A DNA stretch of 64,000 bases from an uncultured Chloroflexia bacterium. Lineage in GTDB: Bacteria; Chloroflexota; Limnocylindria; QHBO01. Positions 42,951 to 51,757 of this stretch are shown in pieces. The position numbers and the translations under genes are program-made. The stretch is taken from positions 1,152,001 to 1,216,000 of the forward strand of contig CAWGTN010000002.1 of the NCBI GenBank assembly GCA_963825525.1, in the 5' to 3' direction. Position 1 is the first letter of the stretch. The number at the start of each line of letters is the position of its first letter. Under the pieces are notes generated by a model. The model worked only from the letters and a program-made list of their open reading frames with translations. It searched no databases and was not told where the DNA came from.

Positions 42951-42990
42951 GTGAGTTGTTTTACTCAGACGTGCGAGTAAGTTTACTCAC
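42951..42990. promoter_or_regulatory. Tandem palindromic operator pair upstream of the AAA ATPase
   Basis: GTGAGTTGTTTTACTCAG and GCGAGTAAGTTTACTCAC, 22 bp apart, AT-rich. Confidence 0.6.
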
Positions 42991-43813
42991 TCAACTCGAG
43001 CCGCGTGCGTTCCAGCGCCTCGCTGGTGGGCTCCGGCGGAAACGGCGACTCGCGGATCAGCTCGTCGATCCCGATCCGTCCGGCCATGGTGTCACGACAC
43101 AGCTCGGCGACCGTGCGCAGGCTGGCGACCTGGCGTTCGGCAAAGGCGCGGTCGAAAGGATCGCCATGACCGGGAACCACGGCTCCATCGACGAGGGCCA
43201 GGAGCCGCTCTCCGGTGTCGGGCCACGAGATGGGATAGCTGTCGCCGAATGCCGGAGCGGGCGCGTTCTCGAGAAGATCGCCCGCGAACAGCACGGCGGC
43301 ATCGGGCACGGTGATGACCACGTCATTGTCCGTGTGTCCGCGTCCCAGGTGGATGAGCTCGACCTGTCGATCCTCGAGGTCGAGGGTCGCGGAATCCTCG
43401 AAGCTGTGCGTCGGCGGGGTCAGCACGACCTCGTCGAACGGTTCGCCGGGATCCTGGCGCATCAGTCGAGCGCGGGCCTCCTCACCGCGCTCGGTGATCA
43501 TTCGAGCACAGCGCGCGTGACCCCAGATCGGCAGCGGCGCGAACCGGGCGTTCCCAAACGCGTGGTCCCAATGACCGTGGGTGTTGACGACCGCGACCAC
43601 CTCTCCGGGAAGCGTGCGCAGATCGTGACGCAGCTCGTCCGCAGCTCGATGATGGGCGCGGGTGTCGATGACGACCAGGCCGCTGTGGCCGCCGATGACA
43701 CCGATCGTCTGGTCGAGCGATTCGTATCGCCGTATCCAGACGCGATCGGCGACCTCGCGCCAGACCGTGCTCAGGTCCCTTCGAGCATGTAGTACTCGTG
43801 GAACTCGGCGCAA
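42983..43813 (-). CDS. MBL-fold metallo-hydrolase
   Basis: NTHGHWDHAFGN, GHTDND, AGDL, VPGHG; start uncertain (TTG 43813 or CTG 43774). Confidence 0.9.
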   Translation of the reverse strand: MRRVPRVLHARRDLSTVWREVADRVWIRRYESLDQTIGVIGGHSGLVVIDTRAHHRAADELRHDLRTLPGEVVAVVNTHGHWDHAFGNARFAPLPIWGHARCARMITERGEEARARLMRQDPGEPFDEVVLTPPTHSFEDSATLDLEDRQVELIHLGRGHTDNDVVITVPDAAVLFAGDLLENAPAPAFGDSYPISWPDTGERLLALVDGAVVPGHGDPFDRAFAERQVASLRTVAELCRDTMAGRIGIDELIRESPFPPEPTSEALERTRLELSE

Positions 43814-44151
43814 CGACCATCCGGCGAGAAGCGGAGAAGGAAGGCGTTGTGGTACATCCTCTCCGGCGCGTCACCGACGGAGTCGTATCGGCTCCAGCCG
43901 ATGGCGACTGCTCGGTCATCTTCGACCACGTACGGCTCGTAGTGTGCGTCCCATGTTCCGGGCGCATCCGCATCCTCGAGCCAGTTCGCCACGATCGCCT
44001 CGCGGCCGCGAACGGTGTGGTCGCCAGTCTCCCAGGGACGGTAGGCGTAGACCGCGTCGTCGGTGAAGAGCTCCTCGACCGCGGTGCGCTCGTTGGTGCG
44101 CCACGCTTCGACGTAGCGGTCGAGCCATGCCTGCACGTCGGTTCGATTCAT
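43771..44151 (-). CDS. SnoaL/NTF2-like protein
   Basis: WLDRYVEAW, LFTDDAVY, GREAI..W, DGRCAEFHEYY; TAGGAT 7 nt upstream of ATG. Confidence 0.85.
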   Translation of the reverse strand: MNRTDVQAWLDRYVEAWRTNERTAVEELFTDDAVYAYRPWETGDHTVRGREAIVANWLEDADAPGTWDAHYEPYVVEDDRAVAIGWSRYDSVGDAPERMYHNAFLLRFSPDGRCAEFHEYYMLEGT

Positions 44152-44161
44152 GCGGCCAATC

Positions 44162-45234
44162 CTACGCCGATGCCTCCCGGTGGAAGGCCGCAAGTCGCTC
44201 GCCTTCCTCATCGACGGCCTGCCGCTCATCGGGCGAGAGCGGGCGCAGCTCATCCACGCGGATCTGGTCGACATCCCAGCGCCAGGTGGCCGCCACCTGG
44301 CCATCGACCAGGACGGTCGGGTACGAGGAGGGCATCGTGGTATGGAAGATCATGGGCCGATACGGCTCCGGGATCACCCCCGTCCGGCGCGCGTGGACGA
44401 GCAGCATCGCGTCCCATGTCGGAAGGAAGCGAACGGGCGCCGCGGTGTGTTCGTCAGGCAACGGGGCATCGGGAAGGTCGAGCAGCTGCTTCCCGGCCTC
44501 GTCCCGAAATTCGCGCAGCTCCATCGAGCCGAGGACCGGCTTCAGGGGTGTGAGGGGCATGCCGATGAAGCTCGCGATGTCCTTGACGGCGGCAGGTCCG
44601 AATGCGCCGAGATAGCGGCGTACGAGGTGCTCGAGGCCATCCGCCTCACTGACATCGGCGTGGCCGATGCGGTCGTCCGCCAGGGCATAGAGGTCGGCAC
44701 GGCGACGCTTCCAGGTGCCCGATGGCGGAACGCGGATCAGCTCGGCATCCGTGTCGATGGTCGCGGTGACGGACGGCTCAGCGCCCTCGAGCAGGGCAAG
44801 CAACCCCGCACGCGGGAGGGTGCGGCCGGACAGGGCGCGGCGGACGGTGGCAACGGTGACGTCGCGGTCGGCATCGGTTCCGCGGTGCACTCGGCGCGCC
44901 CACGCTCGCCGCACGCCGCGAAGCCCCGCCACCATCGGGTGGTAGTCGTTGGCGGAGACGGCGTGGATCGTGCCGCGCATCAGGGTGCCCTGCACCACCT
45001 CGCCCCCCTCGTAGGCCGCGGTCAGATCCACGGCGCGAAACTCGGTGAGGCACGACCACAGGCGGAGGTAGGCGTTGGGCGCGTACTGGTTCTGGATGCC
45101 GGCCAGCCGCTCGAGGGCATCCGGAATCGGCAGATCGTGGCGCTCGAGCAGCAGCTGCCGAGCCAGGAGTGCGCGGTTGAGACGACGGGTCGAGAGGTGG
45201 TCGATCAGGAGACGTGCCCCGGATTGGCGGACAT
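44162..45234 (-). CDS. AlkZ/HTH_42 family DNA glycosylase-like protein
   Basis: LNRALLARQLLL, QxQ motif GIQNQ, TLMRGTIH, RRYLGAFGPA, VRFLPTWD, VDGQVAATW; start uncertain. Confidence 0.85.
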
Positions 45235-45245
45235 CGTGGGCGGGA

Positions 45246-46409
45246 CTACTCCCCGCCGGCGAGCTGCCAGGACTTCCCCTCGGTGGCAATCGATGGTGCG
45301 ATCACCATCTCGACTTCGTGCATCTCCCGGATGGTGCGCACCCCGAGGGCGGCCATCGACTGACGGAGCGCTCCGACCAGGTTCTGCGTGCCGTGCGTCG
45401 TCTCCGCGGGGCCGAACAGGATCTGCTCCAGCGGCAGCCGCGTGCCGATCTTGATGCGCGTGCCGCGCGGGAGCGTCGGTGACGGGGCCGCCATCCCCCA
45501 ATTGAATCCTCGTCCTGGGGCCTCGACGGCACCGGCAAACGGTGAGCCAAGCATGACCGCGTCCGCGCCCGAGGCGATGGCCTTGGCCACGTCGCCGCCG
45601 GTCTTCATGCCGCCGTCGGTGACGATCGGAACATAGCGCCCAGTCTCTCGCTCGAATCGGTCGCGAGCGGCCGCAACCTCGAGCGTGGCGCTCACCTGGG
45701 GGACGCCGATGCCGAGCACCTCGCGGGTCGTGCAGGCGGCGCCGGGGCCGACGCCCACGAAGATGCCGGCGGCGCCCTGGTGCATGAGCTGGTAGGCGGC
45801 CTCGCCGCTCACCGTGTTGCCGACGAGGACGGGGATCTTCAGCCCGCCGGTGAGATCCGACAGCGACAGCACCCGCGTGGATGTCGAGATGTGCCGGGCC
45901 GATGACACCTGCGACTGAACGAGGAGCAGGTCGGCACCCGCCTCGGCCGCGATCTCGGCGTGACTCCAGGCCGATGCCGGCGTCGTGGCAACCGCGGCGA
46001 TCCCGCCCTGCGCCTTGACGCGGGTGATGAGCGCCGTGATCAGGTCCTCACGAATCGGCTGCTGATATGCCTCCGCCAGGATATGGGCCGCCGTGCGGCC
46101 ATCCTCGGCGGCAATGACCCTGTCGATGATCGGCGAGGCGTCCTCGTAGCGGGTGTAGAGGCCCTCGAGGTTGATGAATGCGGCGCCGCCGTGACGGCTC
46201 ATGCGGACGGCGAAATCGGCGTCGGCCACGGCGTCCATGGCGGCCGCAAGGAACGGCACCTGGAGGCGGAAGCCGCCGATGTCGACACCCAGGTCCACTT
46301 CGGCCGGATCCGCCGTCACAGCACCCGGGACCAACGCCACTTCCTCGAAGCCATAGGCTCGGCGCAGCCGCGTCCCGCTCGCGTCGCCGATGGCGGCGTG
46401 GTCGATCAA
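45246..46409 (-). CDS. guaB: IMP dehydrogenase-related protein (GuaB3 type, no CBS domains)
   Basis: RRAYGFEEVALVP, AAMDAV, VGVGPGAACTTR.VLGIGVPQ, DGGM..GGD; GAGGAG SD and TTG start. Confidence 0.88.
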   Translation of the reverse strand: MIDHAAIGDASGTRLRRAYGFEEVALVPGAVTADPAEVDLGVDIGGFRLQVPFLAAAMDAVADADFAVRMSRHGGAAFINLEGLYTRYEDASPIIDRVIAAEDGRTAAHILAEAYQQPIREDLITALITRVKAQGGIAAVATTPASAWSHAEIAAEAGADLLLVQSQVSSARHISTSTRVLSLSDLTGGLKIPVLVGNTVSGEAAYQLMHQGAAGIFVGVGPGAACTTREVLGIGVPQVSATLEVAAARDRFERETGRYVPIVTDGGMKTGGDVAKAIASGADAVMLGSPFAGAVEAPGRGFNWGMAAPSPTLPRGTRIKIGTRLPLEQILFGPAETTHGTQNLVGALRQSMAALGVRTIREMHEVEMVIAPSIATEGKSWQLAGGE

Positions 46410-46681
46410 CGCAATCTCCTCGAGATGTGGCAAACCCGCGCGGCATGGCGGCGCGGGCTTCGGTCGGCGCGGTGATTGACGACGGCTCGGATCGGGTGCA
46501 AGAAAAGGGTCGCTGCGGCTTTGGGGCAGTATACCGGCGAGTCTCGCGGGGAATGCCCGCCCGCGACGCCCGTGCTGGCCCGTACCGGCATCCGTGGGTC
46601 GCTGCAGCCGTATCATCCCGGCGATTGCGCGATCAGGTCCCGCGTTTCGGGGCCACGCGCCGAGAGTTCGGAGGGTGCGCG

Positions 46682-47053
46682 ATGCGCTTCTGGATCACAG
46701 CGTCCCGCTCGATTGTCATGGTGATCGGCATCGCTTCGCTGCTTTTGGCGGCCGGGAACCTGCTCACCGGAGGAGGATCGATCACGGATCCGGTGATGCC
46801 GGGTGGGCTCATCCTCGGACTGCTCGCAATCGGAGCTGCAGCGTGGACCACGGCGGAGGGAATCCTTCGTGCGGCCGTCGTATGGCTCGGGGTCGTGAGC
46901 ATTGTCGTGGCGGTCGCAATCATGGTGGCGAACCTCGCGGACATCCAGACCCGCGATCTGATCGTCTACGTGGGTGTTCCGGCCGCGATCGTTCTGGTGT
47001 CCGCTCTCGGAGTTGCGATCGGTCGGGCGCGGTCGGGCGCGCTCGGAGCATGA
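46682..47053 (+). CDS. Small four-TM hypothetical membrane protein
   Basis: GGAGGG SD then ATG; four hydrophobic helices. Confidence 0.7.
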   Translation: MRFWITASRSIVMVIGIASLLLAAGNLLTGGGSITDPVMPGGLILGLLAIGAAAWTTAEGILRAAVVWLGVVSIVVAVAIMVANLADIQTRDLIVYVGVPAAIVLVSALGVAIGRARSGALGA

Positions 47054-47086
47054 ACGACCCCCGGAGAAGGCTCTCCGAGGGTCGTT
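47053..47086. terminator. Stem-loop between convergent genes (likely bidirectional terminator)
   Basis: AACGACCC-CCGGAGA / TCTCCG-A-GGGTCGTT. Confidence 0.65.
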
Positions 47087-47108
47087 TCGCGTTCAGGGTA
47101 TGACCGAG

Positions 47109-47891
47109 TCAGGCGGTGATGCCTGAGAACGCTCGTCGCCCGAGGTACAGGCCCGCCAGCAACAGCGCGATTCCGGCGAGGATGATCGGTGAGTTCGACG
47201 GGCTGTTCGCCCCCATCGCAGTGTCCGGCACAGAGCCGGTGTCGTCCGCCACGATGACCTGGACGCCGGCGTCGCCGCCATCCATGGCGATGGCGGTGTA
47301 GTTCATGCCGGACTCGAGGGTCGCATCCAGCGTCAGGGCGGCATCAGGCTCGCCCGCAGCACGGATCTCGAGGGCATAGGTGCCCGGATCGACCGTCAAG
47401 TAGTCGGTCCCTTCGGGATACGCGAGCCCCTCCACGAGAACCGGCCCGTCGGTGACGGCCACATCGACCGACGCCGGCGCTGAAGGCGACGCGTGGAACA
47501 CGCGGAGCTTGCTCATGTCACCGTCGGGAGCTCGGTCGTCGGTGAGTACTGTCGCGCTGATCTCGGCGACCGGCCCGATGGCGGCGACGCTGTAGGACGT
47601 CCCGGCCTCCAGCGTGAGGTCGGCGTCGATCACCGGGTCAGTGGAACCGGTGGCGGTCACCTGGACGTTGTGCTCGCCTGCGGGAACGGCGAGATACTCG
47701 CTGACGGCTGTGAACGGGACGTCCGAAAGCACGATGGTGCCATCAAGCCAGACATCAACGTTCGGTGCATCCGGGGACGCATGGATGACGCGCACCATGG
47801 CGTCGTCGGCGGCGGCCACTGGAACGGCCGCAACCAGGATCAGACTGGCGGCCGCGAACGTGGCGGCCAGGCGTGAAATGGGGTTGCGCAT
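47109..47891 (-). CDS. DUF4397 secreted protein with sortase-like C-terminal signal
   Basis: Signal peptide, VRVIHASPDAPNVDV and LRVFHASPSAPASVDV repeats, VPDTA + TM + RR tail. Confidence 0.85.
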   Translation of the reverse strand: MRNPISRLAATFAAASLILVAAVPVAAADDAMVRVIHASPDAPNVDVWLDGTIVLSDVPFTAVSEYLAVPAGEHNVQVTATGSTDPVIDADLTLEAGTSYSVAAIGPVAEISATVLTDDRAPDGDMSKLRVFHASPSAPASVDVAVTDGPVLVEGLAYPEGTDYLTVDPGTYALEIRAAGEPDAALTLDATLESGMNYTAIAMDGGDAGVQVIVADDTGSVPDTAMGANSPSNSPIILAGIALLLAGLYLGRRAFSGITA

Positions 47892-47908
47892 TGTCGTCAA
47901 AGCCTCTG

Positions 47909-47957
47909 TGTGTACTGTTTGTACACTGTTTGTACGGCATAGGAGTGCGTTTGTCAA
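47909..47957 (-). promoter_or_regulatory. Promoter with 11-bp periodic direct repeats, CarH/LitR operator-like
   Basis: Minus strand TTGACA (47957), then CGTACA, TGTACA and TACACA starting at 47936, 47925 and 47914. Confidence 0.5.
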
Positions 47958-47985
47958 GGCTTTCGGGTCGATTCGGGGGCTAACC

Positions 47986-49401
47986 CTAGACAAAGTGCCT
48001 TCGCGCCGAGTCGTACCGAGCCAACGTCCGCTCGCGAGCCTGCAGGTGGTCCACGACCGGCCGCGGGTAGGCCGAGGCACCGCTGCCGGCACGCCATGGT
48101 TCGTGGATCAGGTCGTCCGGAACTGCCGCCAGCTCGGTCAGCCATCGGCGGACGTAGCTCCCATGGGGGTCGAAGCGCTTGGCCTGCAGGGTCGGATTGA
48201 ACACGCGGAAGTACGGCGCGGCGTCGGTGCCCACGCCGGCGACCCACTGCCAATTGCCGTTGTTCTGCTGCACGTCGGCGTCGAGGAGCAGGTCGCTGAA
48301 CACGCGTTCTCCTCGTCGCCAATCGAGACCCAGGTCCTTAACGAGAAAGCTCGCCGTCACCAACCGAGCCCGATTGTGCATCCACCCGGTTGCGGCCAGC
48401 TGACGCATGCCGGCGTCGACCAGCGGATAGCCGGTCTGGCCCGACCGCCACGCTTCGAGCAGTCGGTCAGCGGTCGTGCCGGTCTCCCATTCGAGGTCGT
48501 CGTACTCGCGACGAAAGCTTTCGACTGCCAGGCGTGGGTTGGCCGCCAGGACGTGCGCGAAGAACTCACGCCACACCAGCTGCCGACGCCACGAGACCGC
48601 GCTGCCCGCGATCTCGGCGCTGCCGACCATGCGTGCCCGATCCTGTGCGGCGATCATCGCGCGCCAGCACGCACGGATGCTGACGGCGCCGACCCGAAGG
48701 TACGGCGAGAGCCGGGAGGTGGCGTCCAGGTCGGGCCGATCATGATCAGAGCGGTACGCGACCAGGTCCGTGCGCACGAACGAGTTGAGACGCTCGACCG
48801 CCGCGCCCTCCCCGGCAACCGGCAAGCCTTCCGCCTCCTCGTCGCCGGGCTCGACGGTGGTGTCCGCCCGCGGCGGCGCCAGGCGGGACACATCGAAGTC
48901 GGCCGGCGCGAGGCGTTCATCACTTGCATCGGAGAGCTCGCGCTCGAGCGCGCGGCGGAACGGCGTGAATACCGAGAAGGCATGCCCCTCGCCCGTGCGC
49001 AGGGCATCGGGCGGCACGATGCGCTGGTCGTTCACGAGCTCGAGGTCGATGGCTTGGGTGACGCGACCGTCGCGCGCCACGGCCACCGGATCCTCGTCGG
49101 CGGCAGCCACGACGCGCTCCGCGCCGACCGAGGCTGCAAATTGCGGAAGCACGACGGACGGCTGACCACGGAGCACCGTGAGCCCCGAGCCTCGTGCACG
49201 GAGTCGCTCATCCAGCGCACGAACGGACAGGTCGAACCACGCCCGCCGTCTCGGGGCATCACGATGGGCCTCGACGAGGGACGGATCCGCCACGAAGACC
49301 GGCCAGGCCATGCCCGTTGCGGTCGCGTGTTCGAGCATGCGGTTGTCACCCAGGCGCAGATCGCGACGGAACCAGGCAATGCTTCGACGGACTTCACTCA
49401 T
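47986..49401 (-). CDS. phrB: Deoxyribodipyrimidine photolyase (class I)
   Basis: WFRRDLRL.DN, TSRLSPYL, WREFF, TGYPLVDAGMRQL..TGWMHNRAR, NNGNWQW, RVFNP..Q. Confidence 0.94.
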   Translation of the reverse strand: MSEVRRSIAWFRRDLRLGDNRMLEHATATGMAWPVFVADPSLVEAHRDAPRRRAWFDLSVRALDERLRARGSGLTVLRGQPSVVLPQFAASVGAERVVAAADEDPVAVARDGRVTQAIDLELVNDQRIVPPDALRTGEGHAFSVFTPFRRALERELSDASDERLAPADFDVSRLAPPRADTTVEPGDEEAEGLPVAGEGAAVERLNSFVRTDLVAYRSDHDRPDLDATSRLSPYLRVGAVSIRACWRAMIAAQDRARMVGSAEIAGSAVSWRRQLVWREFFAHVLAANPRLAVESFRREYDDLEWETGTTADRLLEAWRSGQTGYPLVDAGMRQLAATGWMHNRARLVTASFLVKDLGLDWRRGERVFSDLLLDADVQQNNGNWQWVAGVGTDAAPYFRVFNPTLQAKRFDPHGSYVRRWLTELAAVPDDLIHEPWRAGSGASAYPRPVVDHLQARERTLARYDSARRHFV

Positions 49402-49449
49402 GCCGAGAACTACGGGTTCTCGGTCTCCCCCGCATGCCCCGCCGGGGTC

Positions 49450-50355
49450 TCAGCCGGCGGCGAGCTCCACGCCGGCGGCGCGCGCGTCGTCCACGAGGCC
49501 GTCGAGAGCAGCGTCGTCCTCCGCTGATGCCTGCAGGAGGCCCATGACGCGACTCACGCCGAGCCCCGCGTAGTCGGCGAGCAACTGCTGCCGGGCCTTG
49601 CCCGACGCCTTCCAGGCTGGATTGCCCCACCAGATGTGGACCGAGATGCTGAGCGAGTCGGGGTCGCGGTCGATCTCCTCACAGCGCGCGCGGATCGTCG
49701 GCAGCGCCCCTTGCACCTCGTCGGGCGACAGGCCGTCGAGATTGAGCTCATCGGCGTAGCGCGCCGCCAGCCGCCAGGTCACATTCGGGCCGTTGCCCCC
49801 AACCATGACCGGCATCCCGGTGGCCTGGATCGGCTTCGGCAGGTTGATGGCATTCGTGACGCGGTGATGGTCACCGTCCCACGTCGCGTGCGCCGTCGGA
49901 TCCGGCTCGAGCATCCGGGTGATGACCTCGAGTGCGTCGTGGAGCATGGCCAGCCGCTCGCGGGTCTCGGGGAAGCCGTAGCCATACGCATTCCACTCGT
50001 CCTTCTTCCAGCCGGCACCGATGCCGAGCTCGAACCGCCCTCCCGAGATGGTGTCGAGCGTCGAAGCCATCTTTGCGGTCAGAGCGGGGTTGCGGAACCC
50101 GTTGCAAATCACGATCTGGCCGAGTCGCACCCGCTCGGTCAAGCACGCCAGCGCCGATAGCGACGCGAAGGACTCGAAGGTCAGCTCGTCGGTCGGCCTC
50201 GGGGTCGTCGTGAAGTGATCGAAGAGCCAGATGGACTCGACGCCGAGCCGCTCCGCCTGTTGGGCCACTTCGGTCGTCCGCCGCCAGGCGCGCGCGGGCT
50301 CCCATCCGTCGTAGTCCCCGGTCCACCCCTGCGGAAGGATCGCGCCAAGCTTCAT
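49450..50355 (-). CDS. LLM-class (probably F420-dependent) oxidoreductase
   Basis: SIWLFDHF, RNPALTAKMASTLD.ISGGRFELGIGAGW, PKPIQ, VGGNG. Confidence 0.88.
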   Translation of the reverse strand: MKLGAILPQGWTGDYDGWEPARAWRRTTEVAQQAERLGVESIWLFDHFTTTPRPTDELTFESFASLSALACLTERVRLGQIVICNGFRNPALTAKMASTLDTISGGRFELGIGAGWKKDEWNAYGYGFPETRERLAMLHDALEVITRMLEPDPTAHATWDGDHHRVTNAINLPKPIQATGMPVMVGGNGPNVTWRLAARYADELNLDGLSPDEVQGALPTIRARCEEIDRDPDSLSISVHIWWGNPAWKASGKARQQLLADYAGLGVSRVMGLLQASAEDDAALDGLVDDARAAGVELAAG

Positions 50356-50379
50356 ATCGATCTCCTCGGTTCGTCGCCG

Positions 50380-51684
50380 CTATCGAACGATCATCTGCGC
50401 ACGTTCCGGGCCAACGCTCACGTGGCTGATCGGCACACCGGCCAGCTCCTGGAGCCGATGCACGTAAGCGCGCGCGGCGGGTGGCAGGTCGTCCCAGGCG
50501 CGACAGGCGGTCGTATCGGCCTGCCAGCCGGGCAGCTCCTCGTACACCGGCTCGAGGCGCTCATAGATCGACGTGGAGGCCGGGACCGTGGTCCACTCCC
50601 GCCCGTCAATCGGGTCGCGGTAGGCACGCGCGACCAGGAGCCGCTCGAACCCGTCGAGGACGTCGAGCTTGGTGAGCGCGATGCTCGAGTAGCCCGCCAG
50701 GCGCACGCTGAATCGCACGGCGACCGCGTCATACCAACCGCACCGGCGAGCGCGCCCGGTGGATGTGCCGTACTCCACGCCGCGATCGCGGAGGCGCTCC
50801 CCGTCCGCATCCTCGAGCTCAGTCGGCAGCGGGCCCGAGCCGACGGCCGTGGTATAGGCCTTGGCGACGCCGAGCACCTGGTCGATCGCGACGGCCGGAA
50901 GCCCCGCGCCCAGGCTCGCACCCCCCGGAATCGGGGAGGAGCTGGTCACGTACGGATAGATTCCCCAATCGAGATCGCGCATGGTGCCGAGCTGGCCCTC
51001 GAGCAAGATGCGCTTGCCGGCATCCAGCGCCTCGTCCACCAATACACGGCCGTCCACGACATGACGGGCAAGCCGCTCACCGGCCGCGAGATATTCTTCG
51101 CCGATGCGCCGCTCGTCGGTTGCCTCGGCGATCTCGTCGGCCATCTCCTGCGCCGCGCCGTGATACCCGGCGATGACGCGCTGGATCCTCGGGAGCGCCG
51201 CGGAAAGGCGCAGGCGAAAACTCTCCGGTTCCACGAGGTCGATGACACGCAGGCCGCGTCGAGCGACCTTGTCGACATAGGCCGGCCCGATGCCGCGGGA
51301 CGTCGTCCCCAACCGCCCAGCGCCGCGCTCGCGCTCCTCCAGCTGGTCGAGCAGTACGTGGTACGGCATGACGAGATGAGCGCGGTCGCTGATGAACAGG
51401 TTGTCGCCGTCAAAGCCGGCTTGGTGAAGCCCGTCGAGCTCCGCGACCAGGGCGGGGGGATTGATCACGACGCCATTGCCGAGCAGGTTCTGCGTTCCCG
51501 GATGGAAGATGCCCGACGGGATCAGGTGGAGCTTGAAGTGCCCGTGCGGGTTGACCACCGTGTGGCCGGCATTGTTCCCTCCGCCGTAGCGGACGACAAG
51601 GTCGGCGCCTTCGGCGAGGTAGTCGACCACGCGACCCTTTCCCTCATCGCCCCATTGGGCGCCGACGACCGCGATGACGGACAT
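50380..51684 (-). CDS. purA: Adenylosuccinate synthetase
   Basis: QWGDEGKG, GNNAGHT, GTTSRGIGPAY.DK, EYGTSTGRARRCGW, TKLDVL. Confidence 0.97.
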   Translation of the reverse strand: MSVIAVVGAQWGDEGKGRVVDYLAEGADLVVRYGGGNNAGHTVVNPHGHFKLHLIPSGIFHPGTQNLLGNGVVINPPALVAELDGLHQAGFDGDNLFISDRAHLVMPYHVLLDQLEERERGAGRLGTTSRGIGPAYVDKVARRGLRVIDLVEPESFRLRLSAALPRIQRVIAGYHGAAQEMADEIAEATDERRIGEEYLAAGERLARHVVDGRVLVDEALDAGKRILLEGQLGTMRDLDWGIYPYVTSSSPIPGGASLGAGLPAVAIDQVLGVAKAYTTAVGSGPLPTELEDADGERLRDRGVEYGTSTGRARRCGWYDAVAVRFSVRLAGYSSIALTKLDVLDGFERLLVARAYRDPIDGREWTTVPASTSIYERLEPVYEELPGWQADTTACRAWDDLPPAARAYVHRLQELAGVPISHVSVGPERAQMIVR

Positions 51685-51757
51685 GCGTGGCGACAGCGAC
51701 CTCAACCTGCGGGGAAGGCGTCCATCCTACCGCCGCGGCCGCGGACCCGCCTCGACC

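Noticed and set aside
17617-45208. Recurrent CTGA stop/start overlaps (17620, 28659, 43774, 45208) suggesting CUG initiation
   Set aside because: Nearby GTG/ATG/TTG alternatives or probable indels explain most; only the MBL case remains plausible.
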